A DNA stretch of 64,000 bases from Blastocatellia bacterium (GTDB lineage Bacteria; Acidobacteriota; Blastocatellia; HR10; J050). Made by a program: the position numbers and the translations under genes. Location: NCBI GenBank assembly GCA_025054955.1, contig JANWZE010000112.1:2310-66309 (forward strand). The letters are read 5' to 3'. This document shows positions 1-9,300 of the stretch, piece by piece (position 1 is the stretch's first letter; each line of letters opens with the position of its first letter). Under the pieces are notes generated by a model. The model saw nothing but the letters and a program-made list of their open reading frames with translations. It did no database searches and was not told where the DNA came from.

Positions 1-360
1 ACCGAAGAGGTGTGCTGTGCCACGGCGGCGTTCTACGAGGCGTTACAGGCGTATGATTGGCCGGGCAATGTGCGTGAGTTAGAGAATTTGATCATTCGGT
101 TGCTGACGGATGTGCGCGATGAGGTGCTGGATGTGAAGCATCTGCCGGAGGAGATTCGACGGGCTTCCATGCAGGTGAACAAGCCGACGGTGGAAGAGCT
201 CCGTCTGGATGTAGCGATGAAGAGACACATCGAGCTAGTGCTGCGAATGACCAACTACAACCAGCGCCAGGCGGCTAAGATTTTGCGTATCCCGTATTCT
301 ACACTTCAGAACAAGATCAAAAAATTAGGAGTCGAGATCAAAAGAAAGCTGAGGGTTTAG
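1..360 (+). CDS. Sigma-54-dependent enhancer-binding protein (NtrC/Fis family), 3' part; gene starts before the window
   Basis: Frame open from base 1; YDWPGNVRELEN sensor-II motif and C-terminal Fis-type HTH (TNYNQRQAAKILRIPYSTLQNKIKK). Confidence 0.93.
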   Translation, partial: TEEVCCATAAFYEALQAYDWPGNVRELENLIIRLLTDVRDEVLDVKHLPEEIRRASMQVNKPTVEELRLDVAMKRHIELVLRMTNYNQRQAAKILRIPYSTLQNKIKKLGVEIKRKLRV

Positions 361-391
361 GCTCAGATTGTCTCGAACGAAACGGGCTCCC

Positions 392-515
392 TTCACCATT
401 TTGTGAATACGAGGTTTTGATTCACCGTATTTGGTGAACGGGATTTCTTCTTTATAGGAAATAGCTTTCCTCGATTTTCTCGCCGCTCCTATTCTGAGTC
501 ACCATATTCGGTGAA
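392..515. promoter_or_regulatory. Three palindromic candidate upstream activator sequences
   Basis: TTCACCattttGTGAA (392-407), TTCACCgtatttGGTGAA (421-438), gTCACCatattcGGTGAA (498-515), about 100-220 bp upstream of a sigma-54 promoter. Confidence 0.7.
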
Positions 516-609
516 TCGGAGTCTTGAACCGGTTGACTTGGCAGATCGGCCTCTTTCGTCTATCCGTGGGCATGCAAGCAGTTAGCAATTTCCTTTGTTG
601 TTAGCTTCT

Positions 610-626
610 CTGGCACTGAGATTGCA
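610..626 (+). promoter_or_regulatory. Sigma-54 (-24/-12) promoter
   Basis: cTGGCACtgagaTTGCa is an exact match to TGGCAC-N5-TTGC. Confidence 0.85.
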
Positions 627-937
627 AAGAAAAAGATTGATAACCAAGCTGAACTGGCATGCCGAACTCTTCTTGGTGAGAGAAGTGAATTGTGAAGCAT
701 GAGGTGAGTTTATGGTGGTGTTCAATAAGAAGTTTTTGAATGTAGTGGGGGGTAAGACTTGCGCGAGAAGAAACGGTGCACAACTTGGCTAACGGCAGGC
801 TAGGATTTTGTTTCTTCTTCGGTGGCTTGAGTCCTCTTTGTGATTTGGCAGGACTCGCGGAACGAGTAGCTTAAGCCCCCAACGATCTGAAACAAGGTTC
901 TATTGTTGTTAAGGTCTCGTTAAGGAGGGGACGATAT

Positions 938-3900
938 ATGCAACGCTCAAATTCATTTAGAATGCTCGCGTCTATCCTGGTTTTTGGCCTCATAATCAAT
1001 CTCTTTTGGGTCCGGCATTTTCATCAAGCGGCTTCCGTAGCTCATGCTGTTTTGCCGGAGGCCAGGCCTTTTGGACACGTTATGCTACCTAGTCTTGACA
1101 TTGAGCCTGCGGCGGCAGCGCCCATGCAAGGGCCGAGCGTGGACATCGAAGGCGGGAGTATCCTGATTGGTCAGCGGGTGCAGGGAGTGATTGACTCCAA
1201 TTCGGATGCTGACGTGTATCAATTTCAGGGCGTCGCCGGTGAGTCGGTGAGGATCGAAGTGAATACCACATCGGGCGCACTCGATCCGGCGGTCACGCTC
1301 TTTCTCGATGCCTCGCGATTCTTCCCGCGTCCGCCGAGTCCCGCACATTCACTTTCCGCCGGCATGGAGGTCTTCACGCAATCATTCGCTGAAGACCTGG
1401 CTCAGCAGGGCACGGTATTTGTTGACATCACCGCGCCACCCGATGGCTCGACAATTCCTATTCCCGCCAATCCGACTAATATTCAGTTAAGCGGCAAGGC
1501 GGGAGTCACGGGAACTGGCGTTCCGACGAATCTCGAAGTCTGCATCGTGCTCGACGTTTCAGGCAGTGTGGACGATCAGGAGCACAGCTTGCAGGTCGCG
1601 GGTGTGCGCGCGATTCTGGCCGCCCTTGACCCCGATGGTGATGGGTTGCTCACATCGTCGGTCGCATTGGTTCAATTTCATACCACGGCCGCCATCGTCG
1701 TTCCGCTGACTCGATCGCGCGCCCAAATAGAGAGCGGCCTGGCGCGAATCGGATCGGGCAGCACCAATTACTGGGACGCGCTTGAGAAAGCCCTTCAGGC
1801 ACTGGCTCCTTCCAGCGCGACAGATAATATCGCCGAGATGGTGCTCTTTTTCTCGGATGGAGAACCCAACACAGGTGGGGATTACAGAGCGCCTGGAGGC
1901 CCGCTCGAACGCTTCCGTCCTGCTGGGATTCGAATTGATACGTTCGGCATCGGCACTGAAGTGCGTGCATCCACACTGATCGAAATCGCCCAAGCCACAG
2001 GCGGCACGTTCACGGCGATTCCCACGTTCGCGGATGTTCCGAGGGTTACCGCCTCGCTGCCGGGCGTCGTTGGGCTTCAATCCGTCGTGATTGATACCAC
2101 CGGTGATGATCGCGGCGATGTCACCGCCAATGTCGGCGTTGACGGGAGCTTCACTGCCACTGTGCCCTGTCGCGTCGGGCGAAATGTTTACACGGCGATT
2201 GCGACGGCCACTAATCCGAGTCTGCCGGCAGCAAGGGACACAATCACTGTATTTGGTCAGCTTCGGCCACATGTCGGTTCCAACATCGGCGTCATCCATG
2301 ATGATAATTCCGGTCCTGGCAACAATGCGCTCATCAACGTAATTCAATTGCCGGTGTCGGGCAGATACCTCATTCTGGTAGCTTCCTCTAGGAGCGCTAG
2401 CAGCGGCGGTTATGAACTGATTCTCAGTCCGATTGACAAAAATAGCAACGCCGTGGCCATCGGTGTGGGCAACGAAGTCAGGATCCATAGTACGCAGACC
2501 GGCGCTCAAGCGCTGTCGCTTGGCTTGGCCACATTTCTCGGCTTTAGTCCGAGTGGCGAAACAGCCGCCATCGGTGTGGGCAATGAGGTTAGAATCCTCA
2601 ACACCCAAACAGGCAATCAGACGGTCTCACTCGGGTTGGCGACGTTCTTGGCGTACTCGCCTGATGGAGAGGCGGTTGCAATCAGAGTTGGCAACGATGT
2701 TCGCATCCACAATGCTCTCACCGGCCAGCAGATGGTATCACTCGGCTCAGCTACGTTTCTCGGTTTCAGTCCGACTGGAGAAATGGTAGCCGTCGCCGTC
2801 GGCACTGATGTGAGAGTTCACAACACACGCACCGGCGCGCAAACGGTATCGCTTGGGTCGGCGACGTTCCTGGGGTTTTCACCTGAGGGGGAGACGGCGG
2901 CTATCGGTGTCGGCGCGGACGTTCGGGTTCATAACGCTCGTACCGGCGCGCAAGTGATCTCGCTAGGCTCAGCGACGTTTCTGGGATTCTCGCCCGATGG
3001 GGAGGCGGTCGCCTTCGGTGTGGGCACGGATGTTCGGATTCATAATACTCGGACGGGCGCGCAAGTGATCTCGCTTGCGGCGGCCACGTTTTTGGGTTTC
3101 TCGCCTGACGGACAATCCGTTGCCGTCGGCGTTGGAAGGGATGTTCGCATTCATAATGTACAGACTGGTCAGCAGGTGCTCTCACTTAGCTCGGCCACGT
3201 TTTTGGGTTTCTCGCCAGATGGAGATACTGCTGCCATTGGCGTCGGGACCGACGTTCGCATTCACAATACGCGAACCGGCCAGCAGATGGTATCGCTCGG
3301 CTCGGCCACGTTCTCGGCATTTTCGCCAGATGGAGAGACCGTCGTGATGACTGTTGGCGGCGATGTTCGCATCCACAATGTTCAGAGCGGCGCGCAAGTG
3401 TTGTCGCTCGGCTCGGCCACGTTCCAAGGGTTCAGCCCGGATTCAGGAGCAGTGGCACTCCGAGTGGGAAATGATGTACGCATCCACAACGCTCGCACGG
3501 GCGGGCAAACGGTGTCGCTGGCATCAGCGACCTTCTTGGCATTCTCGCCGGACGGACAAACCGCTGCTATCGGCGTCGGCACTGATGTGCGAATTCACAA
3601 CACGCGGACGGGTCAGCAGGTGGTGTCACTTGGGTCGGCGACGTTCTTGGGATTCTCGCCTGAGGGGGAGACAGTGGCCATCGGCGTTGGCACGGATGTG
3701 CGGATTCATAACACACGGTCTGGTCAGCAAGTGGTGTCGCTTGGGTCAGCGACGTTTCAGGCGTTTTCGCCTGACGGAGAGACGGTCGCCATCCGCGTCG
3801 GCACTGATGTGCGCATTCACAATGCGCGAACCGGCCAACAGATGGTCTCGCTCGGCTCGGCCACGTTTGTGGCGTTCAGCTTGGATGGGGATGCTGTGGC

Positions 3901-5824
3901 CATCGCCGTCGGCACTGATGTGAGAGTTCACAACACACGCACCGGCGCGCAAACGGTATCGCTTGGGTCAGCGACGTTTTTGGCGTTCAGCTTCGACCAT
4001 ACGCGGGGACCCTCCGGCGGGCAAGGCCTGAACGATCTTTGCATCAACGCCAGAGAGATTACCAGAGTGCCATTCACCGAGACGCTCGATACGACGCGAG
4101 CGACCAGGTCCGATGACGATCCGCTGCAATCATGCACAGGTTCGCTGCGGAATTCCAATAGCGTTTGGTATAGGTTCACCCCAAGCACGAGCGGCACCGT
4201 CACTGCCGACACCGCCGGGAGTAATTATGACACAGTTCTCTCGGCCCATATCGGGTCGTGTGGTGCGCTGAGTGAAGTAGCTTGTGATGATGATAGCGGC
4301 CCCGGCCTCACCTCGCAGATAAGGTTCGAGGCGATTGGTGGGCGAGCGTACTTTTTCATGGTGACCTCCTTTGGTTCCAGTTCAGGGGGCGGCACGTTGG
4401 TGTTCAACCTGCAATTTGCGCCGCGCGGGCAGCGGATCATTCGTGTTGCTCAACGCGGCGGCGGCGATTTCGCCAGCGTGCAAACGGCCATTGACGCTGC
4501 ACGACAGGGCGACATTGTCGAGATCATTGATTCGGAGACGTATCGTGAGAATCTGCTGATCACGACCAATGACATCACGGTACGTGCTGCGCAAGGTCGA
4601 ACGCCGGTGATTGATGGAAGCTCCAGAGAAGGGCACGCCATCGAAATAAACGGCGCAACCGGCGTCACCATCGAACGGTTAACCATTCGAGGTGCAACTG
4701 GAGGCGGCGTGGCCGGCGTGCGGGCTCGCAACGGCGCAAGCGCAACGCTGATCAACAACGTGATCACGAGTAATACACGCGGCGTCAGCGTCTCTGCCTC
4801 GCAGGTGATTCTGCGAAATAATCGGGTCGAGAATAATCGTGGGACGGGCATCATCTTCTTCACTGGATCGTCCGGCTTCATCGAGGGTAATACGATTCAA
4901 AACAACAATGACAATGATCCCACTTCGCCGTTCGATCGGGGAATCGAGCTTCAGAATCTGGCACAGACGATGGAAATCAGGAACAACACGATCTCCGGCA
5001 ATGCCAGCCACGGGGTCATTATTTTCAGCTCCAACGTGACACTGACAGGCAATACCATCTCGGGGAACGTTCTCGGTATCCTGGCAACGCTCTTCAGCAG
5101 CTCGGCCTCGGGGTCAGTCGCCATGATTCGGAGCAATACCATTGAGAATCACCAGCAAGGGGGTATCTTGCTTCTTGCTCAGACATCAGGAGAGATCACC
5201 GCCAATAAGATTCTCAATAACAACGATCGGAATGCCAGTACCTTCTTTGATCGTGGGATTGAGCTGGTCAACACGGCGGGCGAGATGCGGATCCAGAACA
5301 ACGAGATCACCGGCAATGGGAATCAAGGGGTGATCATCTTCTCGACGCGAGCGCGGTTGATCAACAACTTGATCGCCAATAACACGGCGGGAGTTGTCCT
5401 GAACGCGTCCTCCGATACGCCGACGGTTGGGGCGCAAGTGAGTCTCATCAACAACACGGTCGCGTTGAACCGCGATCTCGGCGTCGGCGTCGTCACGGGC
5501 TCGAACTCGCGGGCAACCATCATCAATTCGATCATCAGCGGCAATACTGATGATCTCGATGGTGTGGCTGCCGCTGATGTGAGCTTCACGTTGATCGGAG
5601 ACGGGACGTTCGCCACGCTGAACAACAATCTGACCGGCGATCCGAGGTTCGTGAATGCTGCGGGCGGCAATTTCCGGCTCCAATCTAATTCGCCAGCGAT
5701 TGATCGCGGCAGCAATGCAGCCATCGCCGGCGTCACGACCGATTTGGCCGGCAACCCGCGCATCGTGGACGGCAATCGGGATGGCACGGCGACCGTAGAT
5801 CTCGGCGCGTATGAGTTTCAATAG
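938..5824 (+). CDS. Large secreted modular protein: split PPC domain, Ig-like domain with inserted VWA, 14 WD40-like repeats, second PPC-like domain, right-handed beta-helix, choice-of-anchor-Q-like C-terminus
   Basis: RBS AAGGAGG; N-terminal hydrophobic segment; MIDAS DVSGS...T...SDG; 37-aa repeats; Asn/Ile-rich ladders; C-terminal DPRF...SPAIDRG...DLGAYEFQ. Confidence 0.88.
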   Translation: MQRSNSFRMLASILVFGLIINLFWVRHFHQAASVAHAVLPEARPFGHVMLPSLDIEPAAAAPMQGPSVDIEGGSILIGQRVQGVIDSNSDADVYQFQGVAGESVRIEVNTTSGALDPAVTLFLDASRFFPRPPSPAHSLSAGMEVFTQSFAEDLAQQGTVFVDITAPPDGSTIPIPANPTNIQLSGKAGVTGTGVPTNLEVCIVLDVSGSVDDQEHSLQVAGVRAILAALDPDGDGLLTSSVALVQFHTTAAIVVPLTRSRAQIESGLARIGSGSTNYWDALEKALQALAPSSATDNIAEMVLFFSDGEPNTGGDYRAPGGPLERFRPAGIRIDTFGIGTEVRASTLIEIAQATGGTFTAIPTFADVPRVTASLPGVVGLQSVVIDTTGDDRGDVTANVGVDGSFTATVPCRVGRNVYTAIATATNPSLPAARDTITVFGQLRPHVGSNIGVIHDDNSGPGNNALINVIQLPVSGRYLILVASSRSASSGGYELILSPIDKNSNAVAIGVGNEVRIHSTQTGAQALSLGLATFLGFSPSGETAAIGVGNEVRILNTQTGNQTVSLGLATFLAYSPDGEAVAIRVGNDVRIHNALTGQQMVSLGSATFLGFSPTGEMVAVAVGTDVRVHNTRTGAQTVSLGSATFLGFSPEGETAAIGVGADVRVHNARTGAQVISLGSATFLGFSPDGEAVAFGVGTDVRIHNTRTGAQVISLAAATFLGFSPDGQSVAVGVGRDVRIHNVQTGQQVLSLSSATFLGFSPDGDTAAIGVGTDVRIHNTRTGQQMVSLGSATFSAFSPDGETVVMTVGGDVRIHNVQSGAQVLSLGSATFQGFSPDSGAVALRVGNDVRIHNARTGGQTVSLASATFLAFSPDGQTAAIGVGTDVRIHNTRTGQQVVSLGSATFLGFSPEGETVAIGVGTDVRIHNTRSGQQVVSLGSATFQAFSPDGETVAIRVGTDVRIHNARTGQQMVSLGSATFVAFSLDGDAVAIAVGTDVRVHNTRTGAQTVSLGSATFLAFSFDHTRGPSGGQGLNDLCINAREITRVPFTETLDTTRATRSDDDPLQSCTGSLRNSNSVWYRFTPSTSGTVTADTAGSNYDTVLSAHIGSCGALSEVACDDDSGPGLTSQIRFEAIGGRAYFFMVTSFGSSSGGGTLVFNLQFAPRGQRIIRVAQRGGGDFASVQTAIDAARQGDIVEIIDSETYRENLLITTNDITVRAAQGRTPVIDGSSREGHAIEINGATGVTIERLTIRGATGGGVAGVRARNGASATLINNVITSNTRGVSVSASQVILRNNRVENNRGTGIIFFTGSSGFIEGNTIQNNNDNDPTSPFDRGIELQNLAQTMEIRNNTISGNASHGVIIFSSNVTLTGNTISGNVLGILATLFSSSASGSVAMIRSNTIENHQQGGILLLAQTSGEITANKILNNNDRNASTFFDRGIELVNTAGEMRIQNNEITGNGNQGVIIFSTRARLINNLIANNTAGVVLNASSDTPTVGAQVSLINNTVALNRDLGVGVVTGSNSRATIINSIISGNTDDLDGVAAADVSFTLIGDGTFATLNNNLTGDPRFVNAAGGNFRLQSNSPAIDRGSNAAIAGVTTDLAGNPRIVDGNRDGTATVDLGAYEFQ
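2438..3991 (+). repeat. 14 tandem 111-bp (37-aa) intragenic repeats, probably two 7-bladed beta-propellers
   Basis: Consensus PDGETVAIGVGTDVRIHNTRTGQQVVSLGSATFLGFS; exact 111-bp register without indels. Confidence 0.92.
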
Positions 5825-5924
5825 AGCGATTTGTGAATAAGTTGACCCTGGGGGCGCGTGCTTGCAGCGTGCATGAGCCGGCAAGATCCGAGGCCCCCAG
5901 TCAAAGGCAACTGAAAATCGCTCT
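5823..5924 (-). mobile_element. ~102-bp MITE-like element (family B), copy 1
   Basis: 10-bp terminal inverted repeats AGAGCGATTT/AAATCGCTCT, inner stem CTGGGGGC/GCCCCCAG; homologous to 21253-21354 and 54489-54592; overlaps the TAG stop of the upstream gene. Confidence 0.72.
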
Positions 5925-6286
5925 CGATCACCCGGCAAAACACGCGGACGAGGCCAGATGAGAACCCTCACTATGACCTGCGTCAATTGCGGGATGACTG
6001 GTGTTTCAGAGATGAAACGGAGATTTCAAATATGAGCGGATCATTTCGACTATAGTTTTTGCGCTAGAGCTCATTGATTCGGATAGGATTTTTCTCAGCA
6101 AACCATCGGTTGGCGACACAACTTGTTGGTGAACTGGTTATTTGGTTCATTCTGTGCAGAAGGTGTTTCAGCATCGCAACGTGTAGAGCAAAAATAGAAG
6201 AGCACGGCTTGAAAACCTTCGAGGCAATCTCTAGCCAAGCTATTTTCAAATCAGGTGATTAAGCGGTTTGAGCTGCGCTTGCTGCT

Positions 6287-6303
6287 CTGGCACGTTGATT
6301 GCT
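6287..6303 (+). promoter_or_regulatory. Sigma-54 (-24/-12) promoter
   Basis: cTGGCACgttgaTTGCt, exact consensus, ~80 bp before ATG 6383. Confidence 0.85.
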
Positions 6304-6382
6304 TCGTAACGGCTGGTTCTCGGCAAGGAACTGAGAGCCAATGCTGATAGCGAAATTTTTGAAGCTAAAGGAGAGAAGAATC

Positions 6383-9300
6383 ATGAATCGGATTTTGATA
6401 AGCGTTGTATCCGTGACCGCGCTCTTGGCCTCTGCTGCGGCCCTTCCGGTGGTGGATGCTTATCGGGACGGTGGACAGAAGGTGGTGGTGTCAGGAGCGA
6501 GGTCAGCTCCTCATCAATTGAACACTCATACAGAAACGAATTGGGCCAGGATGGCCTATGTGGTGAGGCCCGACACGGCGAAGACGGCATCAGCGCTGGC
6601 CGGGCTACGGGCCGTCCAGTTAATTGAGCGCGACTTCAACGGAGATGGACGGGCTGACATGCTGGCTGTCTACCGAGGCGCTGGTCAGGCTCAGGTGAGT
6701 TTGCGCTTAAATCAGGAATCGGGAGGTTTTTCTCAACACCATGTTTCGGCGCTGGCCGGTCAATCTCCAACAGCCGTGGTGGTGGAAGACATCAATTTCG
6801 ACGGGCATCCGGATGTGTTGATCGCGTTTGAGGACCTTGCTGCTGTTTCCTTGGTTGAGGGCCTCGGTGGGGGCACTTTTGGCGAAAAGCAATTTGCTAC
6901 TGGAACTGCTGTGCAGGCGATGACAGTGGCCGATTTTGACCAGGATGGCTATGTGGATATCCTTGCAGCGGGCGCTTCGGCTCAGGCTGTGGTGTTATTG
7001 CGGGGTAACGATCACGGGTTTGGATTGCCGGTAACGTTGTACACTTGGCCAGAGGAGAAGCGGATTGAGCCGGTCGCGCTGAACGTCGTTGATGTGGATC
7101 AAGATGGGTTATCCGATGTGGCTGTGACGCACCGTCGTGGAGTAGACGTGTTGGTGGCGGCCAACGTGTATGAGCCAACAACGTTAATCGTCACACCGGC
7201 GAGCGTGGTTGATGTAGCGTGGGCGGATTTCAATGACGATCAGAAGCTGGATTATCTGATTGCCTTAAGTAATGGCTATCTGCAGATAGGGTTGAGCAAT
7301 CAAGATGGTCGTTTTAGCAGAACGCAGACGTTGCAAACTGGTATGCTGATCAAACAGGTTGCCACGGCTCAGTTGAATGATGACGGCTATGCCGACGTGG
7401 TGATGGTCTGCGCCGAAGAAAAGAGTTTGTTGCTTGCGCTCAACGATGGCAGTGGCGGCTTGAGCCGCACGTCTCGGTTAACGCTCACTGCCCAGCCCGA
7501 TGCCGTGACAAAGACGCGGCTGAATAAAGATGGGATTGATGATTTGGTGATTGCTGCGGATGATGGTGGCATGCACACGGCGGCGAGCGTGACAGCGACG
7601 ATCACCGTCAATTCCACACGCGATGTCATGGATATTCCAGCCAACGGGCAAATGAGTCATCTGCCTGGGCCGGATGGCCGAGTCTGTTTGCGGGAAGCCA
7701 TCGTTGCAGCCAATAACACGGCTGGTCCGCAGACGATCGTGTTCAACATTCCCAGGTCAGATAGCGGGTTTGATGGCAGAGTATTTCGTTTGCAAGTGAC
7801 GTCAGCCTTGCCGGAGCTGAGCGGCGGTGGAACGACGATTGATGGATCGAGCCAGACGTTGTTCACAGGTGACACCAACCGGGCCGGTCCGGAAATCTTT
7901 CTTGATGGCCGCGCTGCCGGTCGCAATGTGGATGGCCTTTCGATGACGTCCTCGCTTAACGTCGTTCAGGGGTTGATTGTGTCGTCGTTTTCAGGCAGCG
8001 GTGTGAAGATGCTCGGTCGGGCGGTCCAGAATATCTTGGTTGGTTGTTACATCGGCACCAATGAAACCGGCACAGAAGCTCGTCCAAACGGCTTCTCCGG
8101 CGTCGTGGTGGCCGGTCAGGGATCGCAATCCAACCTGATTGGCGGGACCGTCGCAGAAGATCGGAATGTAATTTCCGGCAACGGCAGTCACGGCATCACG
8201 ATCCAATTTCCTTCATTCGACAATCGCGTGTGGGGCAACTATATCGGCACGACAGCCGCTGGCGATGCGCCACTGCCGAATCTGGCCAACGGCGTGTACA
8301 TCACGAGCGCCCGAGAAAACTTGATCGGCGGCGTTTTTCCAGGCGCTGGCAACGTGATTGCCGGCAATGGGCGACATGGCATCAGCATTGAATCCGGTTT
8401 GAGCAATCAGGTTCAAGGCAATCTGATCGGGACCGATGCGACAGGCTCAGTCGCACTCGCCAACGGACAACACGGGATTGTCGTTTCATTTGGTTCCGAC
8501 TCAACGCTCATTGGCGGCACAGGCGCGTTGGCCCGCAACGTCATTTCGGGCAATGGACTGAACGGCGTGGAAATCACCCAGAGCAGTCAGAATACGCGCG
8601 TGTCGGGCAATCTGGTGGGCACGAATCAAGCCGGCACAGCCCCGTTGCCGAACGGCGTCAACGGCGTGTTGGTAACAACCGGCGCCACACAAACTCTTAT
8701 TGGCGGTTTGAACCCGCAATCGAAAAACGTCATTGCCGGCAATAAAGGAAGTGGCGTAGTCTTGGAACGCGATTCTTCATTGAACAACCTGCAAGGCAAC
8801 TATATTGGTCTGGATGCAACCGGCGCAGCGGTGTTGGCTAACGGCGGTGACGGCGTGACGTTGCGTAACACGACCAATAACACGATTGGCGGCCGTGAGC
8901 CGGGTGCAGCCAATGTGATTGCCGGCAACCGTGGCAACGGCGTCATGTTGTCTGGCGCCAATGGCAATCGCGTGATCGGCAATATCATTGGCGCCAATGT
9001 GGATCAGACCGTGCAATGGGGCAATGCCGAGAACGGCATTCTCGTTCAGGACGCCGGCAGCAATACGTTCGAAGCGAACACGATCACGGCCAGTGGTCGA
9101 GCCGGCGTGATGGTGCTGGGCGCGTCGCTGCAAAATCGAGTCAGCAAAAATGCCATCTACAACAACCGCACGCTTGGTATTGATCTGAACGGCGACGGTG
9201 TGACGCATAATGATCCGAGCGACCTGGATTCAGGCCCCAACGGACTGCGCAATTTCCCCATCATCACCGGCGTCAGTGAAGAAGCATCGGGTTTGATGGT

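Noticed and set aside
2438..3991. Diversity-generating retroelement TR/VR pair
   Set aside because: Repeat differences are not adenine-specific and no reverse transcriptase is present.
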